Assembly: GCA_964016885.1 (NCBI GenBank)
Contig: OZ024757.1
Span: 34,472,001 to 34,536,000, forward strand
Origin: Eledone cirrhosa
Taxonomy: Eukaryota
DNA: 64,000 nt
Reading direction: 5' to 3'
The position numbers were made by a program, and so were the translations under genes. Of the stretch, positions 41,308-54,604 are shown one piece after another; the stretch's first letter is position 1, and every line of letters starts with the position of its first letter. The notes beneath the pieces were generated by a model. The model worked only from the letters and a program-made list of their open reading frames with translations, was not told the origin of the DNA and made no database searches.

Positions 41308-42273
41308 TCAACACTTACGTGGACCTCTCAAAATTCGTTGGATTTTCACCTCGAAACTGGATACCAATCTGGAGTCCACCTGAACTTCCACCAGGAAATC
41401 TTTCGTATTTTTGAAATTTTCTTTGCTTCTTGCATTTAAATATTCCACGACTCTCTACTACTTTTCCTCTACTACAATCTTCTTACACCAACTTCTTCTT
41501 CTCACCTGTCTATTTTTCACTCCCACCCTAGTACCTTCAATATGCCCAATCACAAATCTTTTCTCTGGCAGCTCCATTCTACTCTCAAGCGCTTCCTCCA
41601 ACTTCTCCCCCCTATATGCATCCATATCAATTAAAGCTGAAAGCTGTTTTTCAAGACACGGACGGATGACTTCACTCGTCTCAGTCGCCGGCAATCACAT
41701 TGGACGCCGAGCTCTGGCCAGTTCAGCACCCTCGACTCCTTTGTCGATACCTGCCGGCTTTCTATGAATCGGTTCTGTTTCCACCAGCATTCTCATCGCT
41801 CTAACATCACGCGAACTGAGCTCTCCGCTCTTCACAACCTTCAGTGTTGCGATGACATTGTCATCAAACCCTCTGATAAAGGTGGCACTGTGCTGGTTTG
41901 GAGTGCTGGTTTGGAGCGCCAGCTTCACAATACCCTTTTTTACTGCCCTTTATCCTCCGACCATACTCCTGGCTACCAACAACTTGCGTCCTCCACCATC
42001 CATGAGCTCATCTCCTCCTCTCACCTACCTCCCACACCCACCAACCTTATTGTACGCAACCCTCGCACACCCACCATCTACTTCCTCCCCAAAATACACA
42101 AACAAAATAATCCTGGCCATCCTTTCGTTTCTGTGTGCAACTGCCCCACCGACATAATTTCTGAATATTTAGACACCATCCTCGCCCCGTTGGTCGGCAA
42201 TCTCCTCTCCCACATCCACGATACAAATCATGCCCTTAGACTCTTCAACTCTTTCTCCTTCCCTCCTGGTCCC

Positions 42274-42279
<6 letters not shown>
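41308..42279 (+). mobile_element. Penelope-like element (Neptune/Poseidon type), N-terminal region and RT start; frameshifted and 3'-truncated
   Basis: NITRTELSALHNL..DIVIKPSDKGGTVLVW (DKG motif), IYFLPKIHK..NPGHPFVS..CPTDIISEYLDTIL...HIHDT. Bounded by (TA)n. Confidence 0.9.
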
Positions 42280-42304
<25 letters not shown>

Positions 42305-42819
42305 GATATATATATATCAGAAAATAAATTTACACACATCCTAATATATATATGTATATATATATATATGGTTGGAGTTTACCAATATAGATCCTGGTAA
42401 AGATGAAAGTATCAACCTTAATGCTCTGAAACCTTATTGATTTCCAGAGGTTGACTGAAGAGTTGGGACTAACTTTCATCCTTACAGGGTCGATAAAATA
42501 AAGTACCAGTAATGCACTGGGTAATTGCTGGCCTTGTGCCAAATGTAGAAACAATTATTATTATTATAATTGAGTTCAAATCCTGCCAAAGTTGTCATGT
42601 CATCCTGAGATGGTTGTCATGTTGACACAACAAAAACTACCCAGTCCACTCTGTAAGGCAGTTGGCATTAAGAAAGTGGGCATGCAGCCATAAAAGTCCT
42701 AGCCCCCAGCCAAAGAAGATGGTAGTGGGCAAGACATGGTTACCTGACCTGTCTAACCTCCTAAGATGACAGCCTCACCTACCTCACGCAAGTGTGGAAA
42801 AAAAGAAATGTTAAACAAG

Positions 42820-45557
42820 GATGATGGTGGTGGTGGTGATGGTGATGATGATGGCAATGGTGATGATAGTGATGATGATGGTGGTGGTGATGATGTTTTA
42901 TGATGATAGTGTGTTTTTCAATCGAAATTAAGTGTGATGATTTTGATGATGGTGCGGTTGATGTTGATAGTGGTGGTGATGATGGTAATGATGGTGGTGG
43001 TGGTGATGATGATGATCATGATGGTGATGATGATGGTGATGATAATAGTGATGATGCTGATGATGAAGGTGGTGATGATGGAGTGTCTTTCGTTAGAAAT
43101 ATGGCATGGTGATGATGATGGAAATGAAAGGATTACATCACCTAACCCCCCCCCCCCCCCACACACACACCCCGCCACCACCAAACCCTGCCCCACCACC
43201 ACCACCACCACCACCAAAACCTGCCCCACCACCACCACCACCACCAAACCCTGCCCCACCACCACCACCACCAAAACCTGCCCCACCACCACCACCACCA
43301 CCAAACCCTGCCCCACCACCACCACCACCACCACCAAAACCTGCCCCACCACCACCACCACCAACAAAACCTGCCCCACCACCACCACCACCACCAAACC
43401 CTGCCTCACCACCACCACCACCACCACCAAACCCTGCCTCACCACCACCACCACCACCACCACCACCACCATGATATCATTTATGAGCGATGCTTATTTT
43501 ATCAACGGACTCCAGAACGATGAAAGACTAAGCCAGTCAGAGCTGGTCGGATCTGACCCCTAGATATAGAAGAAGGGGTGAAACTAGACACTCTTATGCA
43601 GCGATGCCCAACAATGTCTGCTGTTCCACCTGTGATAAGAACGGTAAGACAGGTGGAACAGGTGTAAATATCAAGTTTAGATTTCTGTAAACACCACCCA
43701 CCACCACTGCTACCACCACCACCACCACCGACTCCTCTACTCCCCACCACTAGCAACACCACCACCGCCACCACCACTGCTACCACCACCACCACCACCA
43801 CCACCATCACCGACTCCTCTACTCCCCACCACTAGCAACACCACCACCGCCACCACCACTGCTACCACCACCACCACCACCACCATCACCGACTCCTCTA
43901 CTCCCCACCACTAGCAACACCACCACCGCCACCACCACTGCTACCACCACCACCACCACCACCATCACCGACTCCTCTACTCCCCACCACTAGCAACACC
44001 ACCACCGCCACCACCACTGCTACCACCACCACCACCACCACCACCACCGCCACCACCACCACCACTGCTACCACTACCACTGCTACCACCCCCACTGCTA
44101 CCACCCCCTACCGCCACTGCTACCACCACCACCACCACCACCAACACCAAGTCCACCACCATCCCAACTAACACCACCACCATCCCAACTAACACCACCA
44201 CCATCCCAACTAACACCACCACCATCCCAACTAACACCACCACCACCCCAACTAACACCACCACCATCCCAACTAACACCACCACCATCCCAACTAACAC
44301 CACCACCATCCCAACTAACACCACCACCATCCCAACTAACACCACCACCATCCCAACTAACACCACCACCATCCCAACTAACACCACCACCACCCCAACT
44401 AACACCACCACCATCCCAACTAACACCACCGCCATCCCAACTAACACCACCACCATCCCAACTAACACCACCACCATCCCAACTAACACCACCACCATCC
44501 CAACTAACACCACCACCACCCCAACTAACACCACCACCATCCCAACTAACACCACCGCCATCCCAACTAACACCACCACCATCCCAACTAACACCACCAC
44601 CATCCCAACTAACACCACCACCATCCCAACTAACACCACCACCATCCCAACTAACACCACCACCATCCCAACTAACACCACCACCACCCCAACTAACACC
44701 ACCACCATCCCAACTAACACCACCACCACCCACCACCAATATCAGCATTGTTGCAGTCATCAATGTTGATGGTGAGGGGGTAGTGATGGTGAAGGTGGTA
44801 ATGTTGGTGGTGGTGGTAGTGTTGGTAGTGGTAGTGTTGGTGTTGGTAGTGCTGGTGGTAGTGATGGTGGTAGTGGTGGTGGTGGTGGTTGGTGGTCGTG
44901 GTGTTGGTGGTGGTGGTAGTGGTGGTAGTGGTGGTAGTGGTGGTGTTGGTGGTAGTGGTGGTAGTGGTAGTGGTGGTGTTGGTAGTGATGGTGGTAGTGG
45001 TGGTAGTGGTGGTGTTGGTAGTGATGGCGGTAGTGGTGGTAGTGGTAGTGGTGGTGTTGGTAGTGATGGTGGTGGTGGTGGTAGTGGTAGTGGTGGTAGT
45101 GTTGGTGTTGGTGTTGGTAGTGGTGGTGGTAGTGGTGGTGGTAGTGGTGTTGGTAGTGGTGGTAGTGGTGGTAGTGTTGGTGTTGGTGATGATCGTAAGG
45201 AGGATGATGATGATAGTGATTATAATGGTGATGGTGATGATGATGATTGTAGAAATGATGATGATGATGATAATGGTAATAACGGTGATGATGATGATGA
45301 TGGCAATGATGATGGTGATGATGATGGTAATGATGATGATGATGATTGTAGAAATGATGATGATGATGATAATGGTAATAACGGTGATGATGATGATGAT
45401 GGCAATGATGATGGTAATGATGGCAGTGATGATGGTGATGATGATGGTAATGATGATGATGGTAGTGATGGTGGTAATGATGATGGTAGTGATGGTGGTA
45501 ATGATGATGGTGATGATGGCAGTGATGATGGTGATGATGGCAGTGATGATGGTGATA
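42820..45557. repeat. Large trinucleotide-derived complex including a 21-bp minisatellite at about 44152-44725
   Basis: (GAT/GGT)n, then (CCA)n, then (GGT/GAT)n. Unit accaccaccatcccaactaac occurs about 27 times. Confidence 0.95.
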
Positions 45558-45687
45558 ACCCCAATCCAAGGACGACCTTCTGCTCTATATCCCATGAGCC
45601 AAAACCTTCCATATGACATCATTGATAGAAAAGTCAGAGCTTATCTTCAACTTCTGTTAACATACATTTGAGGTGTGTATACCTGGC

Positions 45688-46200
45688 TGTATGTATATAT
45701 ATATATATATTGTATGTCTGTATATATATATATATATATTGTATGTCTATATATATATATATTGTATGTATATATATATATATATTGTATGTGTGTATAT
45801 ATATATATATATATTGTATGTCTGTATATATATATTGTATGTCTGTATATATATATTGTATGTCTGTATATATATATATACATTGTATGTCTGTATATAT
45901 ATATATATTGTATGTCTGTATATATATATTGTATGTCTGTATATATATATATACATTGTATGTCTGTATATATATATATATTGTATGTCTGTATATATAT
46001 ATTGTATGTCTGTATATATATATATACATTGTATGTCTGTATATATATATATATCTATATTGTATGTGTGTATATATATATATATATTGTATGTCTGTAT
46101 ATATATATATATATATTGTATGTCTGTATATATATATATATATATTGTATGTCTGTATATATATATATATAGTATGTCTGTATATATATATATATATATT

Positions 46201-46236
<36 letters not shown>

Positions 46237-46267
46237 TGTATGTCTATATATATATATTGTATGTCTG

Positions 46268-46312
<45 letters not shown>
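45688..46312. repeat. (TA)n-ttgtatgtctg compound minisatellite; resumes at 48231-48447
   Basis: The same unit flanks both sides of the RTE insertion. Confidence 0.9.
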
Positions 46313-46313
<1 letters not shown>

Positions 46314-47725
46314 AATTAATCGACCAGGTCATGAAGGTCACGGAAAAAGTAATAGCGCAACTAATCAGAGAGAGAATTAATCTAGATGAAATGCAGTTCG
46401 GGTTTGTGTCAGGCAAAAGTACCACAGACGCTCTTTTCATTGTACGACAACTACAGGAGAAGTACCTAGCTAAAAGTAAACCCCTATACTTAGCTTTTGT
46501 CGACTTGGAGAAAGCCTTCGACAGAGTCCCCCGTTCCATTATCTGGTGGTCTCTTAGAAAACTAGGTGTTGACGAATGGCTTGTGAGAGCTATACAAGCC
46601 ATGTATAAAGAAACAGTCAGTAAGGTTAGAATTAACAACGAATATAGTGAAGAGTTTAGCGTAAAAGTTGGTGTCCATCAGGGCTCTGTACTTAGCCCCC
46701 TACTATTTATTATTGCCCTTCAGGCTATAACAGAGGAGTTCAAGACCGGCTGCCCATGGGAACTCCTATACGCAGATGATCTAACGCTCATAGCTGAATC
46801 AATGACCGAACTAGAGAAGAAATTCCAAACGTGGAAGCACGGCCTAGAATCAAAAGGCCTTAAAATTAACCTGGCTAAGACTAAAGTTCTAGTTTGTAGG
46901 AAAGAAAATAAGGCGGCGGTCCCATCGAGGAAATGGCCATGCTCAGTGTGTAGGAAAGGCGTAGGTAGAAACTCCATTTTATGTCCCAAATGCAAAGTAT
47001 GGGTGCATAAAAGATGTAGTGGGATCACAGGTAAGCTAACTAAGAACATAGATTTTACATGTGGCCGGTGCTCTGGTGCAATAAGTAGCAGCAAGTGCCC
47101 ACAAAATACTAGCTCCTTCAACTGCGCAGAGGGTTCTATAGAAATAGTGGACAGCTTCCGTTATCTGGGTGACAAAATCAGCAGTGGGTGAGGGTGCTCT
47201 GAAAGTACAGTAGCTAGAGTCAGAACTGGATGGAAAAAGTTCAGAGAGCTTATACCACTATTAGCCGCTAGAGGGTTCTCCCTAAAAATGAAAGGCAGGT
47301 TATACGATGCCTGCATACGAACAGCAATGCTGCATGGCAGTGAGACCTGGGCATTGTGTGCAGAGGATATACGCAGACTAGAGAGGAACGAAGCTTGCAT
47401 GCTCCGCTGGATGTGCAATAGTAATATACGTGAACGGCAAAGCATAAACGAACTAAGGAAAAAATTAGAAATAAGAGGGATCAGATGTTGTTTACTCGAG
47501 AGAAGGCTACGTTGGTACGGTCACGTGATGCGCATGAAAGACGACAGCTGTATAACAAAGTGCAGGGCAATAAAGATAGATGGTAGCCACGGAGTAGGCA
47601 GACCCAGAAAAACATGGGACGAGCTGATAAATTCCGACCTCACACGCTTACACCTCTCCAAGACAATGTCACTGGACCGAGACCTTTGGCGGTACTCAGT
47701 AATAGAGAAGACCCGCCTTACCTAA
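46313..47725 (+). pseudogene. RTE ORF: reverse transcriptase with inserted PHD finger; single in-frame TGA at 47189-47191
   Basis: [28 protein letters not shown] (YADD at 46769-46780), [31 protein letters not shown]-track pieces 45668-47191 and 47288-47725 are in the same frame. Confidence 0.95.
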
Positions 47726-48230
47726 ATACAAAGTAAAAACCTACTACAGTCAGTAGGCATCTCTATCAAAACACACACCCCGTCCCACCACCTCCACCCC
47801 ACCCACACCGCCCCTTTCAATGTAAAGTTATGTTGGTCCCACAACATCCAGGCCGAAACAAATGAGATCGTGTAGGTGTCACGACAAAAAACACACAGTC
47901 CACGCTGTAAATGTGGCCGTGTAGGCAACACGGTAAAAACCTCCCAGCCCCACACTGTAAATGTGGTTGGTGTTAGGAAGGGCATCCAGCTGTAGAAAAC
48001 CCGCCAGACAGTCCACGCTGTAATGTGGCCGTGTAGGCAACACGGTAAAAACCTCCCAGCCCCACACTGTAAATGTGGTTGGTGTTAGGAAGGGCATCCA
48101 ACTGTAGAAAACCCGCCAGACAGTCCTATGCGAGCAAGACAACCACTCTTGCCTCAAGTGGGAAAACCCCCGTCCAAACCCATGCAAGCGTGGAACACGG
48201 ACGCTAAACCTGATGATGATGATGATGATG
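46313..48230 (+). mobile_element. 5'-truncated RTE-clade LINE
   Basis: RT ORF followed by a ~500-nt 3' UTR with an internal duplication and a (GAT)n tail. Confidence 0.95.
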
Positions 48231-48242
48231 ATATATATTGTA

Positions 48243-48277
<35 letters not shown>

Positions 48278-48707
48278 TGTATGTCTATATATATATATTG
48301 TATGTCTGTATATATATATATATATATTGTATGTCTGTATATATATATATATATATATTGTATGTGTGTGTATATATATATATATTGTATGTGTGTGTAC
48401 ATATATATATATATATATATTATGTGTGTATATATATATATATATATTAACGTTTGTATATGTATAATAAAGCCAAAACAATGCAGGTATGGACATAGAA
48501 TAAAGAATGTAAATGCAAAAGATAATGTTGACAATATAGAGGAAATATTCCTTATATTAAAAAGAACAAACGTAAAACGGTGATGATGATTATGATGATG
48601 ATGATGATATATATACACACACATATACAATATCATCATCATCATCATCATCATCCTCGTTTAATATATATATATATACACACACATACAATAAAAATAT
48701 ACACATA

Positions 48708-48759
<52 letters not shown>

Positions 48760-48857
48760 TATGTGTATATATATATTTATATTGTATGTGTGTATATATA
48801 TATATATTCGATGAGGATGATGATGATGGTATTGTATATGTGTGTGTGTGTATATAT

Positions 48858-49970
48858 ATCATCATCATCATCATCATCATCGTTTTACGTCTGTTCTTTT
48901 TAATATAAAGAATAGTTCCTCTATACAAAGAGCACAATCTTCAGAAGGAGCTTTGGAGATAATATTCCAAAGTAAAGAATAGTTAGTGTTCTTTGATTTT
49001 AGGTCCCATAGTAAATTAGATAGAGAAGTTGAAGATTTTTTATTTATATTCGTAAAAGAGCATTTATGGTTATTAAAACGGGACTTAAAATCTGTGGAGG
49101 TAGAGCCTACGTAATTAAATGAATTTAAATTAGTTTTTACATTACAATTATATACTATATTTTTAACTAAACAATTGTTATTTAATGGACAGTTAGATTT
49201 ATTTCTACAGTTACATTTATCAAAATTTAAGTTTCTATGAGCCGTATTATTCAGTTGGATATTGCTGGGGTTATTAATGGTATTCTGGTTAGGTTTTAAG
49301 TTTCTATTATTAATTCTATTAATATTCTGCACTAAATTACTTGTGGTTGAATACGTTAATTTTATAGTATGTCTATTAAATATTGAGTAATACCTATGTG
49401 TTCTAGGGAAGCATTTATCTAGACCTTTAAAGAATAATTTAGCAATAGGGATTTTAATACTTAATGAGAAAGGAGGAGCGAACCATAATATATTCCTAGT
49501 TCTATTTCTTTTTTTGTTTTTCGAATTATTGTAAGGTTTTCTATTATAGTTGTTAAAATTATGGTTATTTGTCATATCATTATTATCAATGTATTTAATT
49601 TTATTACTATATCCAGCTCTACCTAACGCTTCGTTATAATATTGCGCTTTATCTTCAAAAATATTCTTATTAGCTGAAATTCTAGAAATACGTTGCTGCA
49701 CAGAGTTTACTATAGTGTTTTTAACGGATCTGGGGTGATTGGAATTAAAGTTAACATAGTTTAAGTTCTCGTTTATTTTGTGAAATGGATAATAAAGACC
49801 TGTGTTAAGGTTTAAAGTTACATCTAGAAAGTTAACGATCTTATAATTATTCTCTATTTCTATTTTAAGATTAAGGTAATTAAAAAATTGTATAATTTCT
49901 TTTCTTTTCCTATTTATTTCACAGTTATTATTTTCTATAAGTAATAGCATATCGTCGCGATATAAACCTA
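48858..49970 (-). mobile_element. 5'-truncated Penelope-like element, Naiad-like (RT C-terminus, thumb, GIY-YIG endonuclease)
   Basis: GLYRDD, VNFLDVTLNL, SNHP, RNILWFAPPFS, CNCRNKSNCPLNNNC, NIVY...YVGST..FKSRFNNH, CALCIEE. The frame is uninterrupted. Confidence 0.92.
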
Positions 49971-50217
49971 TATATATACACACACATATATATATATGTG
50001 TGTATATATATATATACATGCACACACATATATATGTGTGTGTGTATATATATATATATATGTATAATCTAGCTATTCTGTCTGACATTTAACTGTATCC
50101 ACTCTACAACTATATCTGATTATAACATTACTGCTTTGTTGTTATTTGGGTATTATTGTTGTTGTTGTTAATGGTGACAGAGCTACAAACCAACAGCAGG
50201 TATTCTTTCTTGCAATC

Positions 50218-50373
50218 CCTCTCTCTCACTCTCTCTTTCACCCTCCCCCTCTCTTTCACACATACTATCTCTCCCTTTCTCTCACTATCTCTCATTCTCT
50301 CTCACTATTTCATGCTTTCTCTCTTTCTCATCATTTCTCTCTATCTCATTCTCTCTTTCTCTCTCTCTCTCTG

Positions 50374-50467
<94 letters not shown>

Positions 50468-50564
50468 TCTCTCTGTCACACACACACACTCACTATCTCT
50501 CATTTTCTCTCACAATTTCATGCTCTCTCTATCTCTTATTCTCTTTCTCTCATGCTCCCCCCTC

Positions 50565-50612
<48 letters not shown>
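50218..50612. repeat. (CT)n/(CA)n microsatellites
   Basis: Directly visible. Confidence 0.95.
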
Positions 50613-50616
<4 letters not shown>

Positions 50617-51109
50617 CAATGAATTCACACTTTGGGGGTTATCTCTGCACATAAGATAGGAATAGATCCAAAGATGATTCTTGTGAAGAGGAATGGAATG
50701 AGATGGTTGGGTCATGTGTTGAGGAAGGATGAAAGTGACTTGGTGAGTGGAATAGAAGCAGTGATGGATGTTGGGAAGAGGGATGAAATGTGATGGTTCG
50801 GTCATGTGTTGAGGAGGAGAAATTGAATGAGATGCCCTTCTCAACCTCATGTGAGCATTTCATTATGGTAGAAGGGTGAACATGCCCAGCTTTCCATGTT
50901 GGCATGGGTTGGATGTGGAATGGTTAAGACATCCATCTTTGTGTGTTGGTATGGGTTGGGTTGGGTGAGGAGGAAGGGGGCTGAAAAGTGATCCTTCATT
51001 CAATGCTGGAAAGATTGGAACAAGCAAATGGGGAAAGGCAAAAGTGGGGTACCGTGGGCTAATATCTGGGATGTTTTCTCTAATCCTACTGCAGATTCAG
51101 CTATGACAG

Positions 51110-51520
51110 CTAGATCATAGTCATATAGATATCCCCATGAGCAGCCAGTTTTAATCTTCTCTGTTATGGCTCAGAGGACAATAATAAACAGGAGAGGGTT
51201 GAGGACAGCCTTCATAGACTCCCACCAGCTTGCTAAATTTCTCACTATACTCATTGTCAACTCTAACTTTGATGACTGCACCTCTGTACATGGCTTGTGC
51301 CAGTCTCACAGCTACTAATCTACCCCTAGTTTCCTAAGAGCCCACCAGATTATGGTGCGGGGTACCCTGTCAAATGCTTTCTCCAGCTCTCTAAATGTTA
51401 GGTAAAGAGATCTTACTCTTGGCTAGATACTTTTCCTGCATCTGTCTCACAATGAAGAGGGCATCTGTGGCACCTTTACCAGGCACAAAGCCAAACTGTA
51501 TCTCATCTAGGTTGACTCTA
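51110..51520 (-). pseudogene. Degenerate RTE RT fragment
   Basis: [36 protein letters not shown], homologous to 46370-46480. Confidence 0.85.
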
Positions 51521-52202
51521 CATACCAAACACAAGAATGCTTACCAAATAACGTTAAACGCTAGACTAACATCACATGTCTGCAATAATTAAATTACATT
51601 TAAGTCAGATAACAATAACTGGAGGAATGTGAATGCATTCTAATGAAGAGGATAATAATGATGATAATGATGATGTTGATGAGGATTTATTTTATCAAAA
51701 TAAAAATAATAATAATAATAATAATAATTATTATTATTATTATTATAATGATACTAATAGTAATTCTTGTCTTTATTATCAATTCTAACAAATTTTCATG
51801 TTCATATATATGTTGAGATTTACATGACGAAGAATTCTTTTGGGAATGGCATTTCGCATTATAACATGATACCATGTTATTCTAACAAAATGAAGAATCT
51901 CACATTCTTAGTATTTTTTCATTTTTACTTCGTCTTTCTTCACTGACTTACCATCTTTGACAGTAAACACAGTTTGGCAGAGAAACCCACTTGAGATTAT
52001 ATTTTCAAGTTGACATTACCAATAAAATGTATTCCTGTGCCAGTGTTGGCTTAAGTAACATAGATTTGCCACTTCTAGAATGTATACCTGTTGAGGTGGC
52101 TTATTGGCAGAGTTGTTAGAACATTGGATAGAATGTTTTACAGTATGAGTTCCAGCTCTCTGTGAACTGTGTTCAGTTTTGGCTGAGGTTAACTTTAAGT
52201 AA

Positions 52203-52610
52203 AGATGCTTGGCCTAGTGGTAAGGCTTTTGGACTGGACTTATGATCATAATGTCGTGGGTTTGATTCCTGGACTGGGTTGTGTGTTGTGTTCTTCAGCC
52301 AAAACCTTCATTTCATGTTGCTCCAGTATACTCAGTGGAGGCATGTGGCCCAGTGGTAAGGGTGTTGGACTTACAATCATAATGTCACGGGTTTGATTCC
52401 TGGACTGGGTTGTGTGTTGTGTTCTTCAGCCAAAACCTTCATTTCATGTTGCTCCAGTATACTCAGTGAAGGTATTTGGCCTAGGAGTAAAGATGTTGGA
52501 ATTATGATCATAACATCATGGGTTTGATTCCTAGACTAGGTTGTGTTGTCTTCTTGAGCAAAACACTTCATTTCACATTGATTCAGTATACTCAACTGAA
52601 AATGTGTACT
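52203..52610 (+). mobile_element. Three tandem CORE-SINE heads
   Basis: tggcc.agtggtaagg...gggtttgattcctggactgggttgtgtgttgtgttctt...ttgctccagtatactcag occurs three times. Confidence 0.8.
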
Positions 52611-53412
52611 CTTGGGTCCCAAATAATAGGGGAGGTTGGAATAAATGAGTGAGTGTGTGTGTGTGTGTGTGGGGGGGGGGGGGCTAGTAATTTTTCTTGG
52701 TTATCAGAATTAGTCGTTTAGTTTACATATTGAGACACCCAACTCATCCCAGTTATTTCATTAAATATAATGTATGGGATTTTTAGTAATGTACCTTTTT
52801 GTCATGTATAATGATTTTAATGTATAAAGCACTCATTGTAAATGAGGTTGGTCTTAGGAAGGGCATCCAGCTGTAAAAATCAAGCCAGAATCAGTTCCCC
52901 GTCCCACCCTTGCAAGCAGGGAAAAGGCGGATGTAAAATGAAATGATGGTGAAAGAAAATTAACTGCCGCAGGAATGTTACTGCTTAAAATAAAATTTTG
53001 CCAGAAATAGATTAGCAAAATTTAATCAGAGTGTGTGGGGGCAGGGTGCAATAACTGGGTGTTTAACCCTACAATGGACTGGTGTCCTGTTCAGTGGGAA
53101 GTCTTGTACTCATGGTCGCTTCACACCACAGAAACTGAGATAAGCACCAGCCTGATCAGACTCAGGGCTCGAGACAGACTGAGGTCGACTTTCCCTTTCA
53201 TCATTTCGATGTTGATCAATAAAGTACCAGATACAGTAATGGGGTCGATTCTTTGCTCTCTATATCTCTTTCTCACTTCAATTGTGTTCAGACTTGGAAA
53301 GGGATAGGCTCTGCCAGGTTTAAAATGCCCAAGACATGCTGTATTTCATAATGGTGCCCCTACGACGCAATCAGGAGTTAAAGTCTTGTGAATGTTCCAT
53401 TAGTGTGATGTA

Positions 53413-53671
53413 GGGGTGGTGGAAGCATTTCTGAATGGGTGGGTGGGGTGGGGGGAAAATTTGGTTAATTTAGTTGTAGTGATTAGTTTAGCTGTTATCA
53501 AACATCAACCAAAATAGAAAAAAATCTTTGATATGCGATAAACATAACATGTACATAAATTGTAGCACATATATACAAATAGATGTGTTTTCTTTTTGTA
53601 GTTTGGGGAGAAAAATATTATTGGAGGAAGGGGGTCATGGTCCTCCTGACTCTCCCAGTTCCACTGTCCTT
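53413..53671. mobile_element. Degenerate hAT-like MITE
   Basis: Ends ggggtggtggaa / ttccactgtcctt, flanked by gtgatgta / gtgatgca. Confidence 0.45.
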
Positions 53672-53878
53672 GTGATGCATGTGAGACAATAACAAAAAGA
53701 ATGGACATGAAAATTTATGGTTGTCTTTCAACAAAAGGGGAGATAAATACATTAAAACTTATGACTAGAAATAAATGGACAACAAAGAGTGCCTGTATGT
53801 ATCCAACATGAGATGCCGGAAGCAGAGGTTATCCGATCTGTTGCACAAACTGGCATGAAAAGTCCAATACCACATTAA

Positions 53879-54110
53879 CCCTTTAGTTACCAACCCAGCC
53901 AAAGCTGCCTCTGGTTCTATGAAATGAAATCACCCATTTTAAAGGTTTCCAATTTAAACTAAAATCTTCCAACAGAATTTTATATAACAATCTTACATTA
54001 AGTTACTATCTTTCTAATGAGATAATCAATAATTTTAGTAAATCCCTCAAAATTCTTCATTAATCACTCAAATCAGAGTTTATTTCATTGGAAATGCAGT
54101 CATGAAAGGA
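53879..54110. mobile_element. piggyBac-type MITE, family P2; right end plus flank tandemly triplicated to about 54450
   Basis: TTAA|CCCTTTAGTTACC...GTCATGAAAGGA|TTAA. Confidence 0.7.
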
Positions 54111-54604
54111 TTAATGCACAAAACTGCACTGCTTGCAATGTGGCTGATGTGGTAGAGATGTAACTGTGTGTATTTTCTGCTATAAAATAGTGTATTTCAT
54201 TAGAAATGCAGTCATGAAAGGGTTAATGCACAAAACTGCATTGTTTGCAAAGTGGCTGATGAGGTAGTAATGTAACTGTCATTTGTCTGATGTAACTGTG
54301 TATTTTCTGCTATAAAATAAGAGTGCATTTCATTATGAATTGAGTCATGAAAGGGTTAATGCACAAAACTGTATTGTTTGTTAAGTGGCTGATGAGGTAG
54401 AAATGCAACTGTCATTTGTCTGATGTAACTGTGTGTATTTTCTGCTGATACTGTATATATATATATGCACCCCCCTCCCCAATATAGTGCTTAGCATCTA
54501 CATGATAAAACTTTATATGCCCTAAATAACAGATTGATCCTTTTGTGGAAGACACCAGTGTTTAACGGAAGGTCGAAACAACATCAACTAAATGGCATGA
54601 TATA

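Noticed and set aside
47189-47191. In-frame TGA as selenocysteine or programmed readthrough
   Set aside because: It falls in SSG*GC where Gly is expected, so a single GGA>TGA mutation is the simpler explanation.
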